This document shows positions 1 to 10,682 of a DNA stretch of 64,000 bases, in pieces (position 1 is the first letter of the stretch; the number at the start of each line of letters is the position of its first letter). This stretch comes from Patescibacteria group bacterium (lineage in GTDB: Bacteria > Patescibacteriota > Minisyncoccia > Moranbacterales > JAKLHP01). The notes under the pieces are model-generated. The model was not told the origin of the DNA. It saw only the letters and a program-made list of their open reading frames with translations, and made no database searches. Made by a program: the position numbers and the translations under genes. Location: positions 989 to 64,988 of the forward strand of contig JAZDKA010000010.1 in NCBI GenBank assembly GCA_043803385.1, in the 5' to 3' direction.

Positions 1-117
1 ATCAATGGTATCATTTTGTCAACCTCCTTTTTGGCTTATTAGAGTATTAAATAGTTTTAAAACTCTATCAAACTTTAAAGGAGGAACTATTCTGTATAGC
101 AGAAAATCATATCGATG

Positions 118-1275
118 TCAAACGGCAATATTATTGATAACTTCCAGAAACTCTTCCGCGGTTTTTTGCCAGTTAAATTTTTGTGCTTGCTTCAAGCCCT
201 TTTCTCGAAGTTTATTTCTCAAGTTTTTATTTAAAAGTATTTCTTTCATCGCTTGGTAAATTTCATCCGGTTTTTCCGGATCGATTAAGATTCCCGCGTC
301 CCCCACTATTTCCGGAAGCGAAGAATTATTAGAAACTATAACCGGAACTCCGCAATTCATCGCTTCCAGCGGAGGAAATCCAAATCCTTCAAAAAATGAA
401 GGATAAACAAAAAGCGATGCCAGGTTGTATAAATAAGGCTTTTCATCCGCTTCTATGAATCCTAGTTCCAAAATGTCTTTTCTAAAAGGAGAACTTTCTA
501 TTTCTTCGAATATTTTTTTCTCTTTCCATCCCTTTGCTCCGGCGATTACAAGCTTAAATTTGTCCAAATCCTGATTTTTTAGCTTGCGAAGCTGGTTATA
601 AGCTTTGACTATACTGGCAATATTTTTTCTTGGTTCCATTGCTCCCAGAAAAAGAATGAAATAATAAGGAAGATTGTAGTTGTCTTTTATTTCCAAAAGT
701 CTCGTATTGTTCCTGTCTATTAATCCAAAACTTCCTGACGCGGCGCTATGAATGGCAGTTATTTTTTGAGGATTTACACCGTAATAAAAGCTCAAATCTT
801 TTTTTGTCGAATCCGAAACCGCTATTATTTTTGAGGCTTTTTGGCAAAGTTTTTTGGGATTAATAAGAAAGTGCCAAAGCCTTGTCTTCCAGGGAAAATA
901 TTCCGGAAATATTTCAAAAGAAAGGTCATGAACGGTTAAAATTAGCTTGGTTTTTTTGGAAAATGAGCCAAAGTTTATATTGGGCATCCAAAAAACATCA
1001 ACTCCTCTGATCAGACTGTCTATTTTGGGCCAGTTGAAATACCATACGAACAAATTGAAGAATTTATTGGGATAACGGAAACTTTTTATTCTGGCATTGG
1101 GATATTTTTTTATCCATTCAAGATCAAGGCTTTTCCCTTTCAGCGAATTTAAAAAAAGAACATATTCGTTCTCTTTGTCCAATTCGAAAATATTCGTCAG
1201 AAGATTCAAAGCATATTCCTCTACTCCTGTTTTTCTTCCCTCTTCCAAGCATCTGATATCAATCCCTATTTTCAT
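118..1275 (-). CDS. Glycosyltransferase family 1 (GT4)
   Basis: 385-aa ORF; C-terminal EGFGFPPLEAMNCGVPVI..S motif typical of GT4 retaining glycosyltransferases. Confidence 0.8.
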   Translation of the reverse strand: MKIGIDIRCLEEGRKTGVEEYALNLLTNIFELDKENEYVLFLNSLKGKSLDLEWIKKYPNARIKSFRYPNKFFNLFVWYFNWPKIDSLIRGVDVFWMPNINFGSFSKKTKLILTVHDLSFEIFPEYFPWKTRLWHFLINPKKLCQKASKIIAVSDSTKKDLSFYYGVNPQKITAIHSAASGSFGLIDRNNTRLLEIKDNYNLPYYFILFLGAMEPRKNIASIVKAYNQLRKLKNQDLDKFKLVIAGAKGWKEKKIFEEIESSPFRKDILELGFIEADEKPYLYNLASLFVYPSFFEGFGFPPLEAMNCGVPVIVSNNSSLPEIVGDAGILIDPEKPDEIYQAMKEILLNKNLRNKLREKGLKQAQKFNWQKTAEEFLEVINNIAV

Positions 1276-1294
1276 AACTCCTTATATCAGTTAT

Positions 1295-1915
1295 CTATTC
1301 CCTAGTCAAATAATGCTTGATTAGCACTGTCCAAATTCCAAGAAAAATTCCGATTACGGCTGATATTGACAAAACATTTTTCCAAGGAATTTTATTCTCT
1401 TTTATTACTGGTTCTTCTCCGATAACCCTAAACCAGTTGTCTTCTTTTTGGGATTCATTAAGTTTTTTGGCTTCTCGGTTAATAATTTTGGAAACTGATT
1501 CGGAAATGTCCTGGGCCAGCCTCACATTTGCAGTGTTGAATTTTAGCTCAACAGTTTGCGAAGATACCCTCTTTACTTTGAAAATCTTTGAAAGGTCTCT
1601 GATTCCAATATCTCCTGAAGGTATTCCTGTTTCCGTGTATATGTCCGTTACTATTCTGGGAGATTCAAGCCATCTCACGACCGTATCGGCAAATCTTTCA
1701 TCAGCCTGGAGGCGATAGAAATCATCATAGCGATAATCAGGAGTGCTTTGAATTCCCGAGCGGGTGATGTTTATAAGCAAATAAACCTGATAATCAATTG
1801 GCTTTGAATTTTTATAGGCCTTATATCCCGCTCCCGCGCCAACAATAATAAAAACTGTTATCAGAAACAAAAAAATATTTTTCCAGAAAATTTTTAGATA
1901 GTTTTTTAAGTCCAT
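1295..1915 (-). CDS. Bitopic membrane protein, possibly a Wzz-like polysaccharide chain-length determinant
   Basis: 206 aa with N- and C-terminal TM helices flanking a soluble domain; sits between two GT4 genes. Confidence 0.35.
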   Translation of the reverse strand: MDLKNYLKIFWKNIFLFLITVFIIVGAGAGYKAYKNSKPIDYQVYLLINITRSGIQSTPDYRYDDFYRLQADERFADTVVRWLESPRIVTDIYTETGIPSGDIGIRDLSKIFKVKRVSSQTVELKFNTANVRLAQDISESVSKIINREAKKLNESQKEDNWFRVIGEEPVIKENKIPWKNVLSISAVIGIFLGIWTVLIKHYLTRE

Positions 1916-1920
1916 AAAAT

Positions 1921-3036
1921 TTATAATTTAAAATTTTCTAACTCTCTCTCAACGTACTCCTTTATTTTACCTTTAAATATTTCCTTGTCAAATCGCAATG
2001 ATTTTGATCTAATATAGTTTTTGTCAAAATTAGCGCTATTGAATTTTTTTACTGCCTTAATGATGTCTTCTGGCGTTTGTTTTTCGAAAAATATTCCCAT
2101 TTTTTCATCCATATGCTCCGGGATGTCTCCGCCCCGAAAAGCAATAACAGGCCTTCCTGACGCGAAAGCTTCAATAGCGACAATTCCAAAATCTTCCTCT
2201 TGGGGAAAAACAAAGGCTTGGCACTCGGAATAATATTTAGCGAGTTCTTCGTCCGGAATTCTGTTCAGAAATTCAATATTGGATGTTGCCATTTTTTTAA
2301 GCCGTTTCATTTCTGGCCCTCTCCCAATTATTTTAAGAGGCAACCCCAATTTATTAAAAGCTTCAATAGCGGTATCGTGGCGCTTGTAGGCGATCAGCCT
2401 TCCCACCATCAAGAAATAGCCTTTTTGGTTTTCGCTCACGTAAAAGTTATTTATTGAAACTGGAGGATTAATCACTTCAGAATTTTTTCCGTAATATTTT
2501 TTGATTCTCTTGGCAACAAAATTAGAGTTGGCAATAAATTTATCTACCCGGTCAGCGCTTAATTTGTCCCAAAGTCGGATATAATTCATGAAATAAGGAA
2601 TAACTTTTTTGATTAAATGGGGAAATCCGAAATCAGCGGTATATTTCTGGCAATCGTCCCAGGCATAGCGCATCGGCGTGTGCATATAACAGATATGGAG
2701 AGTTTCCGGACCGGTGATGATTCCTTTGGCATAGCTTGATGAATCCGAAAGCACAACGTCATATTTGGAAAAATCAAATTGTTCAACCGCTGAAGGCATT
2801 AGGGGCGGAAACAATCTGTGCTGCTTGCTGGCAAAGGGAATTTTTTGAAGATAGGATGTCCGGATATCTTTCCCTCCAAAAACTCCATGCATTGCTTCTT
2901 TATCGTAAACTAGAGTATAGATCGGCGCATAAGGGAAGAGCTCCGAAAAGCATTCCAGCACTCTTTCCGCGCCTCCATATTGGACTAAATAATCATGGAC
3001 TAAAGCAATACGCATAATTTTATGATAATCCGACAA
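1921..3036 (-). CDS. Glycosyltransferase family 1 (GT4)
   Basis: 371 aa; EDFGIVAIEAFASGRPVIA motif; N-terminal GT4 domain. Confidence 0.8.
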   Translation of the reverse strand: MSDYHKIMRIALVHDYLVQYGGAERVLECFSELFPYAPIYTLVYDKEAMHGVFGGKDIRTSYLQKIPFASKQHRLFPPLMPSAVEQFDFSKYDVVLSDSSSYAKGIITGPETLHICYMHTPMRYAWDDCQKYTADFGFPHLIKKVIPYFMNYIRLWDKLSADRVDKFIANSNFVAKRIKKYYGKNSEVINPPVSINNFYVSENQKGYFLMVGRLIAYKRHDTAIEAFNKLGLPLKIIGRGPEMKRLKKMATSNIEFLNRIPDEELAKYYSECQAFVFPQEEDFGIVAIEAFASGRPVIAFRGGDIPEHMDEKMGIFFEKQTPEDIIKAVKKFNSANFDKNYIRSKSLRFDKEIFKGKIKEYVERELENFKL

Positions 3037-3937
3037 TTATCGCTCCGGCTACCATTATAACGGTCGCAATCAGTTTTTTTAAAATATTTGTTCTCTCTTT
3101 GAAATAAATAAAACCTATCAAAAATGCAAATACCGGCATAGTTCTTTTAATGGCAATTACGTATGAAACTGGGGCATATTTCAGGGCTGTATTAATGCTT
3201 ACGATTTGAATCGCTATGGCTATTCCAGCTAATAAAATCGCTATAATAAAATTTCTTTTCTCATTATTTTTAAAATTATTTAAAGCATTCTTTATTTTTT
3301 CAGAATCTTTAAATAGATATATTAGCAACATAAAAGAAATTCCGCAGAGGAAATTTACGAGAGCTGAAACCAAAACTGGAGATCCCGCTAAAACAGCTAC
3401 TTTTGTCATTGGAGTAGAAAATGTCCAGCATACGGCAGTTATTATAAATAATAATTTTCCCTTCCGATTGTTTTTAATCTTTTCTTTATCTGAATTATCG
3501 TTATTACTATTCCTTTTTCTATAATCAATTAAAATTGCTCCCGCTATCACTAAAATTATTCCAGCTATTGCCTGAAATGAAGGTATTTCTTTGAACAAAA
3601 AAATTGGGGGAATTATTACCGACAGAGATATGAAAGCAAAAAACGGCATTAAATAACTAAGTTCTGTAAGATCCAAAGCTTTATACAGGGAATAATTTGC
3701 AATAACATTTAAAATTACAGTTGCGATAACTCCCTCCCAAAATTTAAAATTATCCTTGATTAGAAAAGAGTTTTCGTTGATTGTTAAAAGAACGACTGCT
3801 CCCAAAATTAACCCCGCAAAAGTAAACGCTAAAAATCCGATAAAATTATTCATCCCCTTCACTTGCAAAGCTTTCTTCTTGATTGCCATTTCCGTGGCTT
3901 GCGTGAAAGCTCCAATTATTGAATACAAGATCCACAT
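3020..3937 (-). CDS. EamA/DMT-family membrane transporter
   Basis: 305 aa, about 10 predicted TM helices, duplicated EamA-like halves. Confidence 0.55.
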   Translation of the reverse strand: MWILYSIIGAFTQATEMAIKKKALQVKGMNNFIGFLAFTFAGLILGAVVLLTINENSFLIKDNFKFWEGVIATVILNVIANYSLYKALDLTELSYLMPFFAFISLSVIIPPIFLFKEIPSFQAIAGIILVIAGAILIDYRKRNSNNDNSDKEKIKNNRKGKLLFIITAVCWTFSTPMTKVAVLAGSPVLVSALVNFLCGISFMLLIYLFKDSEKIKNALNNFKNNEKRNFIIAILLAGIAIAIQIVSINTALKYAPVSYVIAIKRTMPVFAFLIGFIYFKERTNILKKLIATVIMVAGAIIVGLS

Positions 3938-3941
3938 AAGT

Positions 3942-5645
3942 TTAATTTATTTTTAAATCAACTATCTTTAACTGGATTTTTTTGTTTCCATTCCAGTTGT
4001 CTTCGGAAATATTGAAAACGATATCGATTTTATCGCCCGTTTTCAAGCGGCTAAAGCCGTTGGTAAGATTAAAGCCGATGGCTTCAAATATTTTTGGCGT
4101 GCCATCTTGCGCTTTAAGCAATAATTTCAAATGTTTTTCGCCGCTTCCCACCTTCGTTAAATTTTCCACTAACAAATTTTTCATCAAAAACACCGGTTCT
4201 TCGTTTCCCTCTCCGAACGGTTCAAATTTTTTAAGCTGGTCCGTTAGTTCAAAATCCAAATCTTTGGGAAATATTTCCGAATCTATTTCCAGATACAAGC
4301 TTAAATCCTTTCCTGCTAGCTCTTTATTGATAACTTCCGAAAGTTTTTCGAAAAATTTATCCAAGTTTTCGTTCTTTATTGTGATTCCGGCCGCTTGGCT
4401 GTGCCCGCCGAACTTAACCAAAAATTTCGAGCATTTCTCGATAGCCTTAATAATATTAACTTGCGGAATGCTTCGAAATGATCCTTGCCCGATTTTTTCG
4501 CCTTTGTTTATTATCGCTACCGGCTTATTGAATTCGTCGGAAATTTTTCCGGCCGCCAGACCCACTATTCCAATCGGAAAATGCCCGGATACCGCGAAAA
4601 TAAAATTTTTGTCCTTAAACATATTTTCCGACACCATTCTTACTTCATTCACGATCTGCTCCGTTGCTTTTTGGCGCGCTTGATTATTTCCTTCTAATTC
4701 CAAGGCCAATTCTCTGGCCCGCGCTTGATCAGTTTCCATTATTAAATTAAAAGCGCTGTTGGCATGGTCCATTCTTCCGGCCGCGTTGATTCTGGGAGCA
4801 ATTTGAAACGAAATTTTTCTTGTGTCAGGAAAATTGTTTTCATCAATTTTGAGGCGGGCTACTTCAAAAAGCTCAAGAAGCCCTTTTCTTCTGGTTTTAG
4901 AAAGCACTATCAGCCCAAATTTTGCTATAATCCTGTTTTCTTCCACAAGCGGAACGCAATCAGCCACTGTTCCAATGGCGGCTAAATCCAGGATCCACTT
5001 CAGCTGTTCTGTCTCGCTTGGAAAAAATTCTCCATAGAGAGCTTCAATAAATTTGAAAACCACGCCTACGCCGGCAAGCTTTTGAAAAGGATAACCTGAT
5101 TTTTTAAGGTTGGGATTTATTATTGCCAAAGCTTCCGGAATATTTTCCGGGACATAATGATGGTCGGTGATAATTACATCCATTCCGTATTCCTTCGCTT
5201 TTTTTGCTTCTTCTATATTGGTAATTCCGCAATCGACAGTGATAATTAATTTCACATTCTGCTCTTTGAATTCTTCTATGGCTTTAAGATTCATTCCATA
5301 TCCCTCCAGCTTCTTGTCAGGAATATAAACGATGGTTTTTATTCCTATTTTTTCCAGAGCTTCCTTAAGAATGGCCGAAGCAGTAACGCCGTCAGCGTCA
5401 TAATCTCCAAAAATAGCCGTCAGCTCATTATTTTCCTTAGCTTTTTTTGTTCTTTCGACAACTTTTTTCATTTCGGAAAATAAAAAGGGGTCAAGAAGCC
5501 CTTTTTCATAATTTGGATAAAGAAAACCGTTTATTTTTTCTTCACTGTCAAAACCTCGGTTGAAAAGTATCTGCAAGGCTATTGGATGAAGGTTTGGCAA
5601 TTCAATATTTTCTACTCTAGTTTTTTCTTTAAGTTTCCAATTCAT
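3942..5645 (-). CDS. recJ: Single-stranded-DNA-specific exonuclease RecJ
   Basis: DHH motifs (ITVDCGI, DVIITDHH) followed by a DHHA1 region; 567 aa. Confidence 0.85.
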   Translation of the reverse strand: MNWKLKEKTRVENIELPNLHPIALQILFNRGFDSEEKINGFLYPNYEKGLLDPFLFSEMKKVVERTKKAKENNELTAIFGDYDADGVTASAILKEALEKIGIKTIVYIPDKKLEGYGMNLKAIEEFKEQNVKLIITVDCGITNIEEAKKAKEYGMDVIITDHHYVPENIPEALAIINPNLKKSGYPFQKLAGVGVVFKFIEALYGEFFPSETEQLKWILDLAAIGTVADCVPLVEENRIIAKFGLIVLSKTRRKGLLELFEVARLKIDENNFPDTRKISFQIAPRINAAGRMDHANSAFNLIMETDQARARELALELEGNNQARQKATEQIVNEVRMVSENMFKDKNFIFAVSGHFPIGIVGLAAGKISDEFNKPVAIINKGEKIGQGSFRSIPQVNIIKAIEKCSKFLVKFGGHSQAAGITIKNENLDKFFEKLSEVINKELAGKDLSLYLEIDSEIFPKDLDFELTDQLKKFEPFGEGNEEPVFLMKNLLVENLTKVGSGEKHLKLLLKAQDGTPKIFEAIGFNLTNGFSRLKTGDKIDIVFNISEDNWNGNKKIQLKIVDLKIN

Positions 5646-5651
5646 AATAAA

Positions 5652-6224
5652 TCATTTCACCTGCCATCCGCAGGAAGGACAGATTAAATAGGCTTCCATC
5701 CCTTCTTCTTTCTTGTTTCCGGTTATAATTTTAAGAATTAGTTCATCATCGCATTCAAGGCATTGAAATTTGTTGTTGAGCCCCCGATCCTGGGCAAGCT
5801 TTTGCGCGTCAAGCGAGTATTTGTTCAGCTCAAGCCGGTATTCTTTTTCTCCCAAAAACAATGATTTCACTTTTTCTACCACTTCTTTAGGTGATGTAAA
5901 TCCTCTCACTACAAAATATTTTGCTCCTAAAACATTGGCTCTTTGCCTGTCTTCCTCTCTTCCCATATGCGACGATATTATTACCGGTATATTAGCAGTA
6001 GCTAAATTTTTCTTCAAAGCTTCCATCATGGAAAAACCGTCCATTCTGGGCATTATTATTCCAGTGAAGATAACATCAGGAGATTCCGTAGTGGCTTTAT
6101 CCAGTCCTTCGACTCCATCCCCAGCTTCAGTAACCTGAAAGCCAGCATTCTTAAAAACATCGGCATACATTTCTCGCGTTGGCACATCATCGTCAACAAA
6201 CAGTATTTTTATTTTTTTATCCAT
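5652..6224 (-). CDS. Response regulator receiver-domain protein with C-terminal zinc ribbon
   Basis: CheY-like REC (VDDD...D..MP..DG); C-terminal CxxC...CPSC. Confidence 0.7.
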   Translation of the reverse strand: MDKKIKILFVDDDVPTREMYADVFKNAGFQVTEAGDGVEGLDKATTESPDVIFTGIIMPRMDGFSMMEALKKNLATANIPVIISSHMGREEDRQRANVLGAKYFVVRGFTSPKEVVEKVKSLFLGEKEYRLELNKYSLDAQKLAQDRGLNNKFQCLECDDELILKIITGNKKEEGMEAYLICPSCGWQVK

Positions 6225-6236
6225 GTTTTTGAAAAA

Positions 6237-8342
6237 TTAAATGATTATCTTGACATCGACGGCGATTGCCGGATTGTTATCATTATAAATGAGCATTGGA
6301 TTAATATCAAATTCCTTGATTCCGCCAATTTCCCCCGCCAGCATTGATAATTTTAACAGGATTTCCGAAATCTCTTCAAGGTTATATGGGTTTTGTCCGC
6401 GGTTCCCTTGGAATAAAAATCTTATCGGGCTTTTTAGAATAATATTTTTTATTTCATTCAAGCTGGCCGGAGGCAAAATAAAATCAACCATTTTGAAAAC
6501 TTCAGTATAAATTCCTCCCAGCCCGAACATCACCGCCGGGCCGGCTGTTTCATCTTTTTTTATTCCCAAAATCAGCTCTGTTTTTATTTCCTTCATCGGC
6601 TGGATAATAATATTTTCCTTGGGAAAATTTTCCGCCATTTTTTGGTAGGCTTTCCTGAAATCATCCTCATTTTTGATGTTTAAAATAACCCCTTCCCTAT
6701 CGGTTTTATGGAGCACTTTGTCACTATCTACTTTCATTACCATCGGGAAATCGATTCCCAACTCCTTTTCTGTATTAATTTCTTGGAATTCCACGGTGCT
6801 TATTTCATAAATATCCATAATTTCTTTTGTTTCCCGGAAATATAAAGCGCTTCTTCCTTCGGACTTTGCCCTTTTGATAATATCACCGGTTTTAACTATT
6901 CTATCACTGTCAAGTTCCACTGGATTTTTGCTGATTTCTACTTTGTTCCTATTAATTTCCCACTCATAATATTTATCCAAGGCATTTATGGCGTCATCGG
7001 GAAAAATATAATTGGGAATTTCGCTTTCTTTCAAATACTCTACCGATTTCTCTATTTTCTTTCCTCCCAAAAACGCCGCAACGATTGTTTTCTTGGTTTT
7101 GTTTTTGAATTCTGCTATTTTTTTGGCAATTTTTTCAGAAGGGGTGTTTTCCTGCGGGGTAAGAATGGTAATTATTGATCCGGCATCTTCTTTGCCAATT
7201 TCTTCCAGTGTTTTTTCGTAGCGTTCTTCCCCGGCATCTCCCAAGAGGTCAATAGGATTTTCCAGCGATGACTCTTGAGGTAAAAATTTCCGCAGTTTAT
7301 TTTTTGTTTCTTCATTTATTTCAGCTAGTTTTATTTCTTTTCCCCTAAAAGCATCGGTAGCAAGGACTCCGGGTCCTCCGGCATTGGTAATAACAACCGT
7401 TTTTTCATTAAGAGGAGCGTCTGTTAATGAAATTAGCTTAACTATGTCAAAAAAATCTTCCAATGTTTCAATTTCAATTATTCCCGTCTTTTTAAAAAGC
7501 GCTTTTATTATTTCTTGGCTTCCGGCCAAAGCTCCAGTATGCAATGAAATGGCTTTCAAAGATTTTTCAGTTTTTCCGGCTTTGAGAACCACGACCGGTT
7601 TTGATTTCGATACTTTTTTCGCGATTTCCTTGAATTTTACCCCATCTTTTATCCCTTCAAGATACATTCCAATTATTTTAGTTTCAGGATCTTTTTCCAA
7701 GTATTCCAATAAATCATTTTCGCCGATATCCATTTTGTTCCCGACGGAGATGATATTGGAAAATCCAACATTGTCTTGGGAGGCAATATCCAGAAGAGCG
7801 CTGATGATGGCTCCTGATTGGGAAATAAGGGAAATATTTCCGGCTTTTGGCATTCCCCCGGCAAAGGAAGCGTTCAATTTTAATCTTGGAATAATGAAAC
7901 CCAGGCAATTTGGGCCCAGGATATTCAAATCTTTTGCTTTGGCAATTTCCAAAAGTTCTTCTTCCCGATTTTCTCCTTCTTCTCCTATCTCGGAAAATCC
8001 GGCGGAAATTATAACAAAATTTCTCGCCCCCACACCAAAATGGTTCAAAGATAAATCTTTGGTGTGGGGGTGAACCTTATTTGAGGCATTTTTAACCACT
8101 TCCAAAACGAATTTAGCAGGTATGGCGATTATAGCCAAATCAACCTGCTCCTTGATTGCTTCAAGGTTGGGATAGCAGTCTTGGCCCGAAAGTTTTTCAT
8201 GCTTAGGATTTACCAAAAAAACCTTGCCCTCATAACCAAGATTCAAAAGATTATTCACAATCGCCGTTCCTACTTTCCCCTCTTCGTCCGTCGCGCCGAC
8301 AATGGCGATTGACTGGGGATTAAATAATTTTTCCAGTTCCAT
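6237..8342 (-). CDS. Acetyl-CoA synthetase (ADP-forming), fused alpha/beta
   Basis: 701 aa; N-terminal CoA-binding (IAIVGAT...GKVG), succinyl-CoA-synthetase-like and ATP-grasp regions. Confidence 0.8.
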   Translation of the reverse strand: MELEKLFNPQSIAIVGATDEEGKVGTAIVNNLLNLGYEGKVFLVNPKHEKLSGQDCYPNLEAIKEQVDLAIIAIPAKFVLEVVKNASNKVHPHTKDLSLNHFGVGARNFVIISAGFSEIGEEGENREEELLEIAKAKDLNILGPNCLGFIIPRLKLNASFAGGMPKAGNISLISQSGAIISALLDIASQDNVGFSNIISVGNKMDIGENDLLEYLEKDPETKIIGMYLEGIKDGVKFKEIAKKVSKSKPVVVLKAGKTEKSLKAISLHTGALAGSQEIIKALFKKTGIIEIETLEDFFDIVKLISLTDAPLNEKTVVITNAGGPGVLATDAFRGKEIKLAEINEETKNKLRKFLPQESSLENPIDLLGDAGEERYEKTLEEIGKEDAGSIITILTPQENTPSEKIAKKIAEFKNKTKKTIVAAFLGGKKIEKSVEYLKESEIPNYIFPDDAINALDKYYEWEINRNKVEISKNPVELDSDRIVKTGDIIKRAKSEGRSALYFRETKEIMDIYEISTVEFQEINTEKELGIDFPMVMKVDSDKVLHKTDREGVILNIKNEDDFRKAYQKMAENFPKENIIIQPMKEIKTELILGIKKDETAGPAVMFGLGGIYTEVFKMVDFILPPASLNEIKNIILKSPIRFLFQGNRGQNPYNLEEISEILLKLSMLAGEIGGIKEFDINPMLIYNDNNPAIAVDVKIII

Positions 8343-8409
8343 AGTATATATTATACATCAAAAAATAAAAAATATCACACCAACGATAAGGAACAGAATA
8401 TGTAAATTA

Positions 8410-8441
8410 ATTACACCCACATACTAGTATGTGGGTGTAAT
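8410..8441. promoter_or_regulatory. 32-bp perfect palindrome ATTACACCCACATACT|AGTATGTGGGTGTAAT
   Basis: 16+16 perfect inverted repeat in the intergenic region upstream of the acetyl-CoA synthetase gene; no adjacent U-run. Confidence 0.5.
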
Positions 8442-8482
8442 GATTCATAATGATTATAAAAAGATAATTTACAAAAATTAAA

Positions 8483-8523
8483 AGGTGATAGAGGGACTAG
8501 TATTACTTGTCCATATCACCTTT
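8483..8523. promoter_or_regulatory. Inverted repeat AAAGGTGATA-N21-TATCACCTTT containing ACTAGTAT
   Basis: 10-bp arms; shares the ACTAGTAT core with the 8410 palindrome. Confidence 0.35.
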
Positions 8524-8537
8524 GCGATCTTCCCGTG

Positions 8538-8795
8538 CTATTGACCTTGAACAACGAGACGATAAGTTTTAACTTCTATCCCATTGTTTGCGAGCTGAAA
8601 TAGTATACCATCAGCTTTTTGCATTGCCAATATCTCGTTTTCTGAAGGAAATGAGAAATAAATATTAGGGATGCAATCTATCGGCTCACATAAAAATGGC
8701 TTCGGATCGACTCCTGAAATCTTTCTCTTTATCTCTCTTCTGCTTCTTTCTTTGTCAACAGCTACTTCTAAAATGCAACGTAGAATCCAATTCAT
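8538..8795 (-). CDS. Hypothetical protein
   Basis: 85-aa ORF with AAGGAGG SD 4 nt upstream of ATG; immediately downstream of dnaJ. Confidence 0.5.
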   Translation of the reverse strand: MNWILRCILEVAVDKERSRREIKRKISGVDPKPFLCEPIDCIPNIYFSFPSENEILAMQKADGILFQLANNGIEVKTYRLVVQGQ

Positions 8796-8837
8796 CCGTT
8801 CCTCCTTTATTTAGTTTATTGTAAGACTGCATTTAAA

Positions 8838-9941
8838 CTAATCCAAACTCTTTAATTTCTCTATAATCTCTTTTTGCTCCCTTGTCAAATGTTTTGGGAT
8901 TTTGACGATAATTTTGACCAAGTGGTCGCCTCGGCCGCGCCGGTCTAAAAACGGCACGCCTTCGTCTTTGATTTTAAAAATTTCTCCTGATTGGGTTCCG
9001 GCGGGGACTTTCATCTTTAGCATTCCATTTATTGTGTCAATATCAATTTTATCTCCCAGAACCGCTTGGGAAAAGGTGATATGTTCACTGGAAATAATAT
9101 TATTTTTCTCTCTTTTAAATTTCAGATGGGGAATGACATGGATATTGACATACAAATTTCCGCTGGGCGCGCCTTTTTCTCCGGCTTCTCCCCGTTCTTC
9201 AAGCGATAGCGTTTGCCCATCCTGAATCCCAGCCGGAATATCAATTTCAATTCTCTCTTCTTCTTTTACTCTGCCATCGCCTCCGCACCTGTGGCATTTG
9301 TCAGAATTGATTTCTCCCGCTCCTTGGCAAGTCGGACAAGTTGAAACTTGAGAAAAACTTCCAAAAAAGCTTTGCATTGTTTTTCGAACTTGTCCGCTTC
9401 CATGGCAAGCCGGGCAAGTTTCTTTTTTGGCTCCCGGTTCTCCTCCGGTTCCGTGGCATCGGCCGCAAACCGCATTTTTATATAAATTAATAATTTTTGA
9501 GGCGCCCCTGACCATTTCTTCGAAAGTAATTTCTATGTCAATCTGAATATCTTTTCCGGGTTTTTTTCTGGTTTTTCTCCTGTTTCCGAAATTTCCGCCA
9601 AAAATATCAGAAAAAATATCATCGAAACCGATGTCTTGAAAATCCCAGCCTCCAGTTGGTCCGCCTTGGTTTTGATTAAATCCTTGGAATCCAGAAAAAT
9701 CGAAGCCTCCAAAACCGCCTGCTTGCCCGGCTTCAAAAGTCTGGCCGAATTGGTCGTATTGCTGGCGTTTCGCCTTGTCGGAAAGCACTTGATAAACAGC
9801 GTTTATTTCCTTGAATTTCTTTTCATCCCCGCCTGATTTGTCAGGATGATGCTTATGCGCCAGTTTCCGATAAGCCTTTTTTATCTCGTCATCCGACGCA
9901 GTCTTCGAAACGCCTAATATGTCATAATAGCTAGTAGCCAT
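8838..9941 (-). CDS. dnaJ: Chaperone DnaJ
   Basis: J-domain with HPD ([12 protein letters not shown]), Gly/Phe-rich linker, four CxxCxGxG zinc-finger repeats. Confidence 0.9.
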   Translation of the reverse strand: MATSYYDILGVSKTASDDEIKKAYRKLAHKHHPDKSGGDEKKFKEINAVYQVLSDKAKRQQYDQFGQTFEAGQAGGFGGFDFSGFQGFNQNQGGPTGGWDFQDIGFDDIFSDIFGGNFGNRRKTRKKPGKDIQIDIEITFEEMVRGASKIINLYKNAVCGRCHGTGGEPGAKKETCPACHGSGQVRKTMQSFFGSFSQVSTCPTCQGAGEINSDKCHRCGGDGRVKEEERIEIDIPAGIQDGQTLSLEERGEAGEKGAPSGNLYVNIHVIPHLKFKREKNNIISSEHITFSQAVLGDKIDIDTINGMLKMKVPAGTQSGEIFKIKDEGVPFLDRRGRGDHLVKIIVKIPKHLTREQKEIIEKLKSLD

Positions 9942-9969
9942 AAAAATATATTATCATAACAAATAAAAA

Positions 9970-9996
9970 TTAGCAATCCCAACCGGCGAGTGCTAA
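9970..9996. promoter_or_regulatory. CIRCE-like operator upstream of dnaJ
   Basis: TTAGCAATC-N9-GAGTGCTAA; overlaps a TTGCTA-17-TAATAT minus-strand promoter. Confidence 0.7.
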
Positions 9997-10017
9997 TTGG
10001 TAGATCGGCAAATAAAA

Positions 10018-10050
10018 TAATGAAGGTGCCCGTACGCAGACGACCACCTT
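10018..10050 (-). terminator. Intrinsic terminator of the 10058 gene
   Basis: GAAGGTG...CACCTTC hairpin followed by ATTATTTTATTT on the minus strand. Confidence 0.5.
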
Positions 10051-10057
10051 CTTTGTT

Positions 10058-10480
10058 TTACCTTATAAGATTTTTCATTGCCTTTCTTGCAAAAGAAACC
10101 ACTTCTTTTCTTTTTTCGTGTTTATGCTCTTCTAAAATATCCGTTATGTCTATTAGTACATCGCCTATTTTCATACATTTATATATGTAATCTAAAAAGG
10201 CTTCTTCCTCTGTTAGCTCTCCTTTTATGCAGCTCTTGTAACATTCGAAGGACATTATAATAACATACCTTTCAAATGATTTAGGTACCTCCTCGGTGAA
10301 TGGGGAAAATTCTTCTCCCTCTTTATAAAACCCGTATTTATCACCGATTTTTATAAGGATTATTTTTTCCTTAATACTTCCGAGTTTTGAAAAAAACTCA
10401 TCCGATTCCCCTCTTAAATAATCTCTAAGCCAATCCAGCTCTTCTTTTCTGGTTTTGGGTTTTCTTCTTAATGCTATCAT
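10058..10480 (-). CDS. Hypothetical protein
   Basis: Start chosen at MIALRRK preceded by GGGAGGG SD; AT-rich; own terminator hairpin at 10018-10050. Confidence 0.5.
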   Translation of the reverse strand: MIALRRKPKTRKEELDWLRDYLRGESDEFFSKLGSIKEKIILIKIGDKYGFYKEGEEFSPFTEEVPKSFERYVIIMSFECYKSCIKGELTEEEAFLDYIYKCMKIGDVLIDITDILEEHKHEKRKEVVSFARKAMKNLIR

Positions 10481-10682
10481 GATACCCTCCCGCAAATTTA
10501 TTTTAATTTATTTTAAAAAAACTTTCCTCCAATATCTATATTCATATCTATATCATCCCATTAAATTAATGTCAAAATTTAAAAAGCTTGCCCTGCAGCA
10601 AGCTTCTTGTCCTGTAGTCAACTTGTTGTACTACCGGGATGCTTTGCTACAGGGTTATCCACAGCCCCCTCAAATTTGACAT

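Noticed and set aside
3982-4683. Plus-strand 233-aa ORF, and many similar 60-230-aa ORFs at 5770, 7384, 14627, 23689, 34656, 36415, 53659, 60003 and elsewhere
   Set aside because: They lie entirely inside long, well-supported genes on the opposite strand, lack SDs and have low-complexity composition. They are shadow ORFs.
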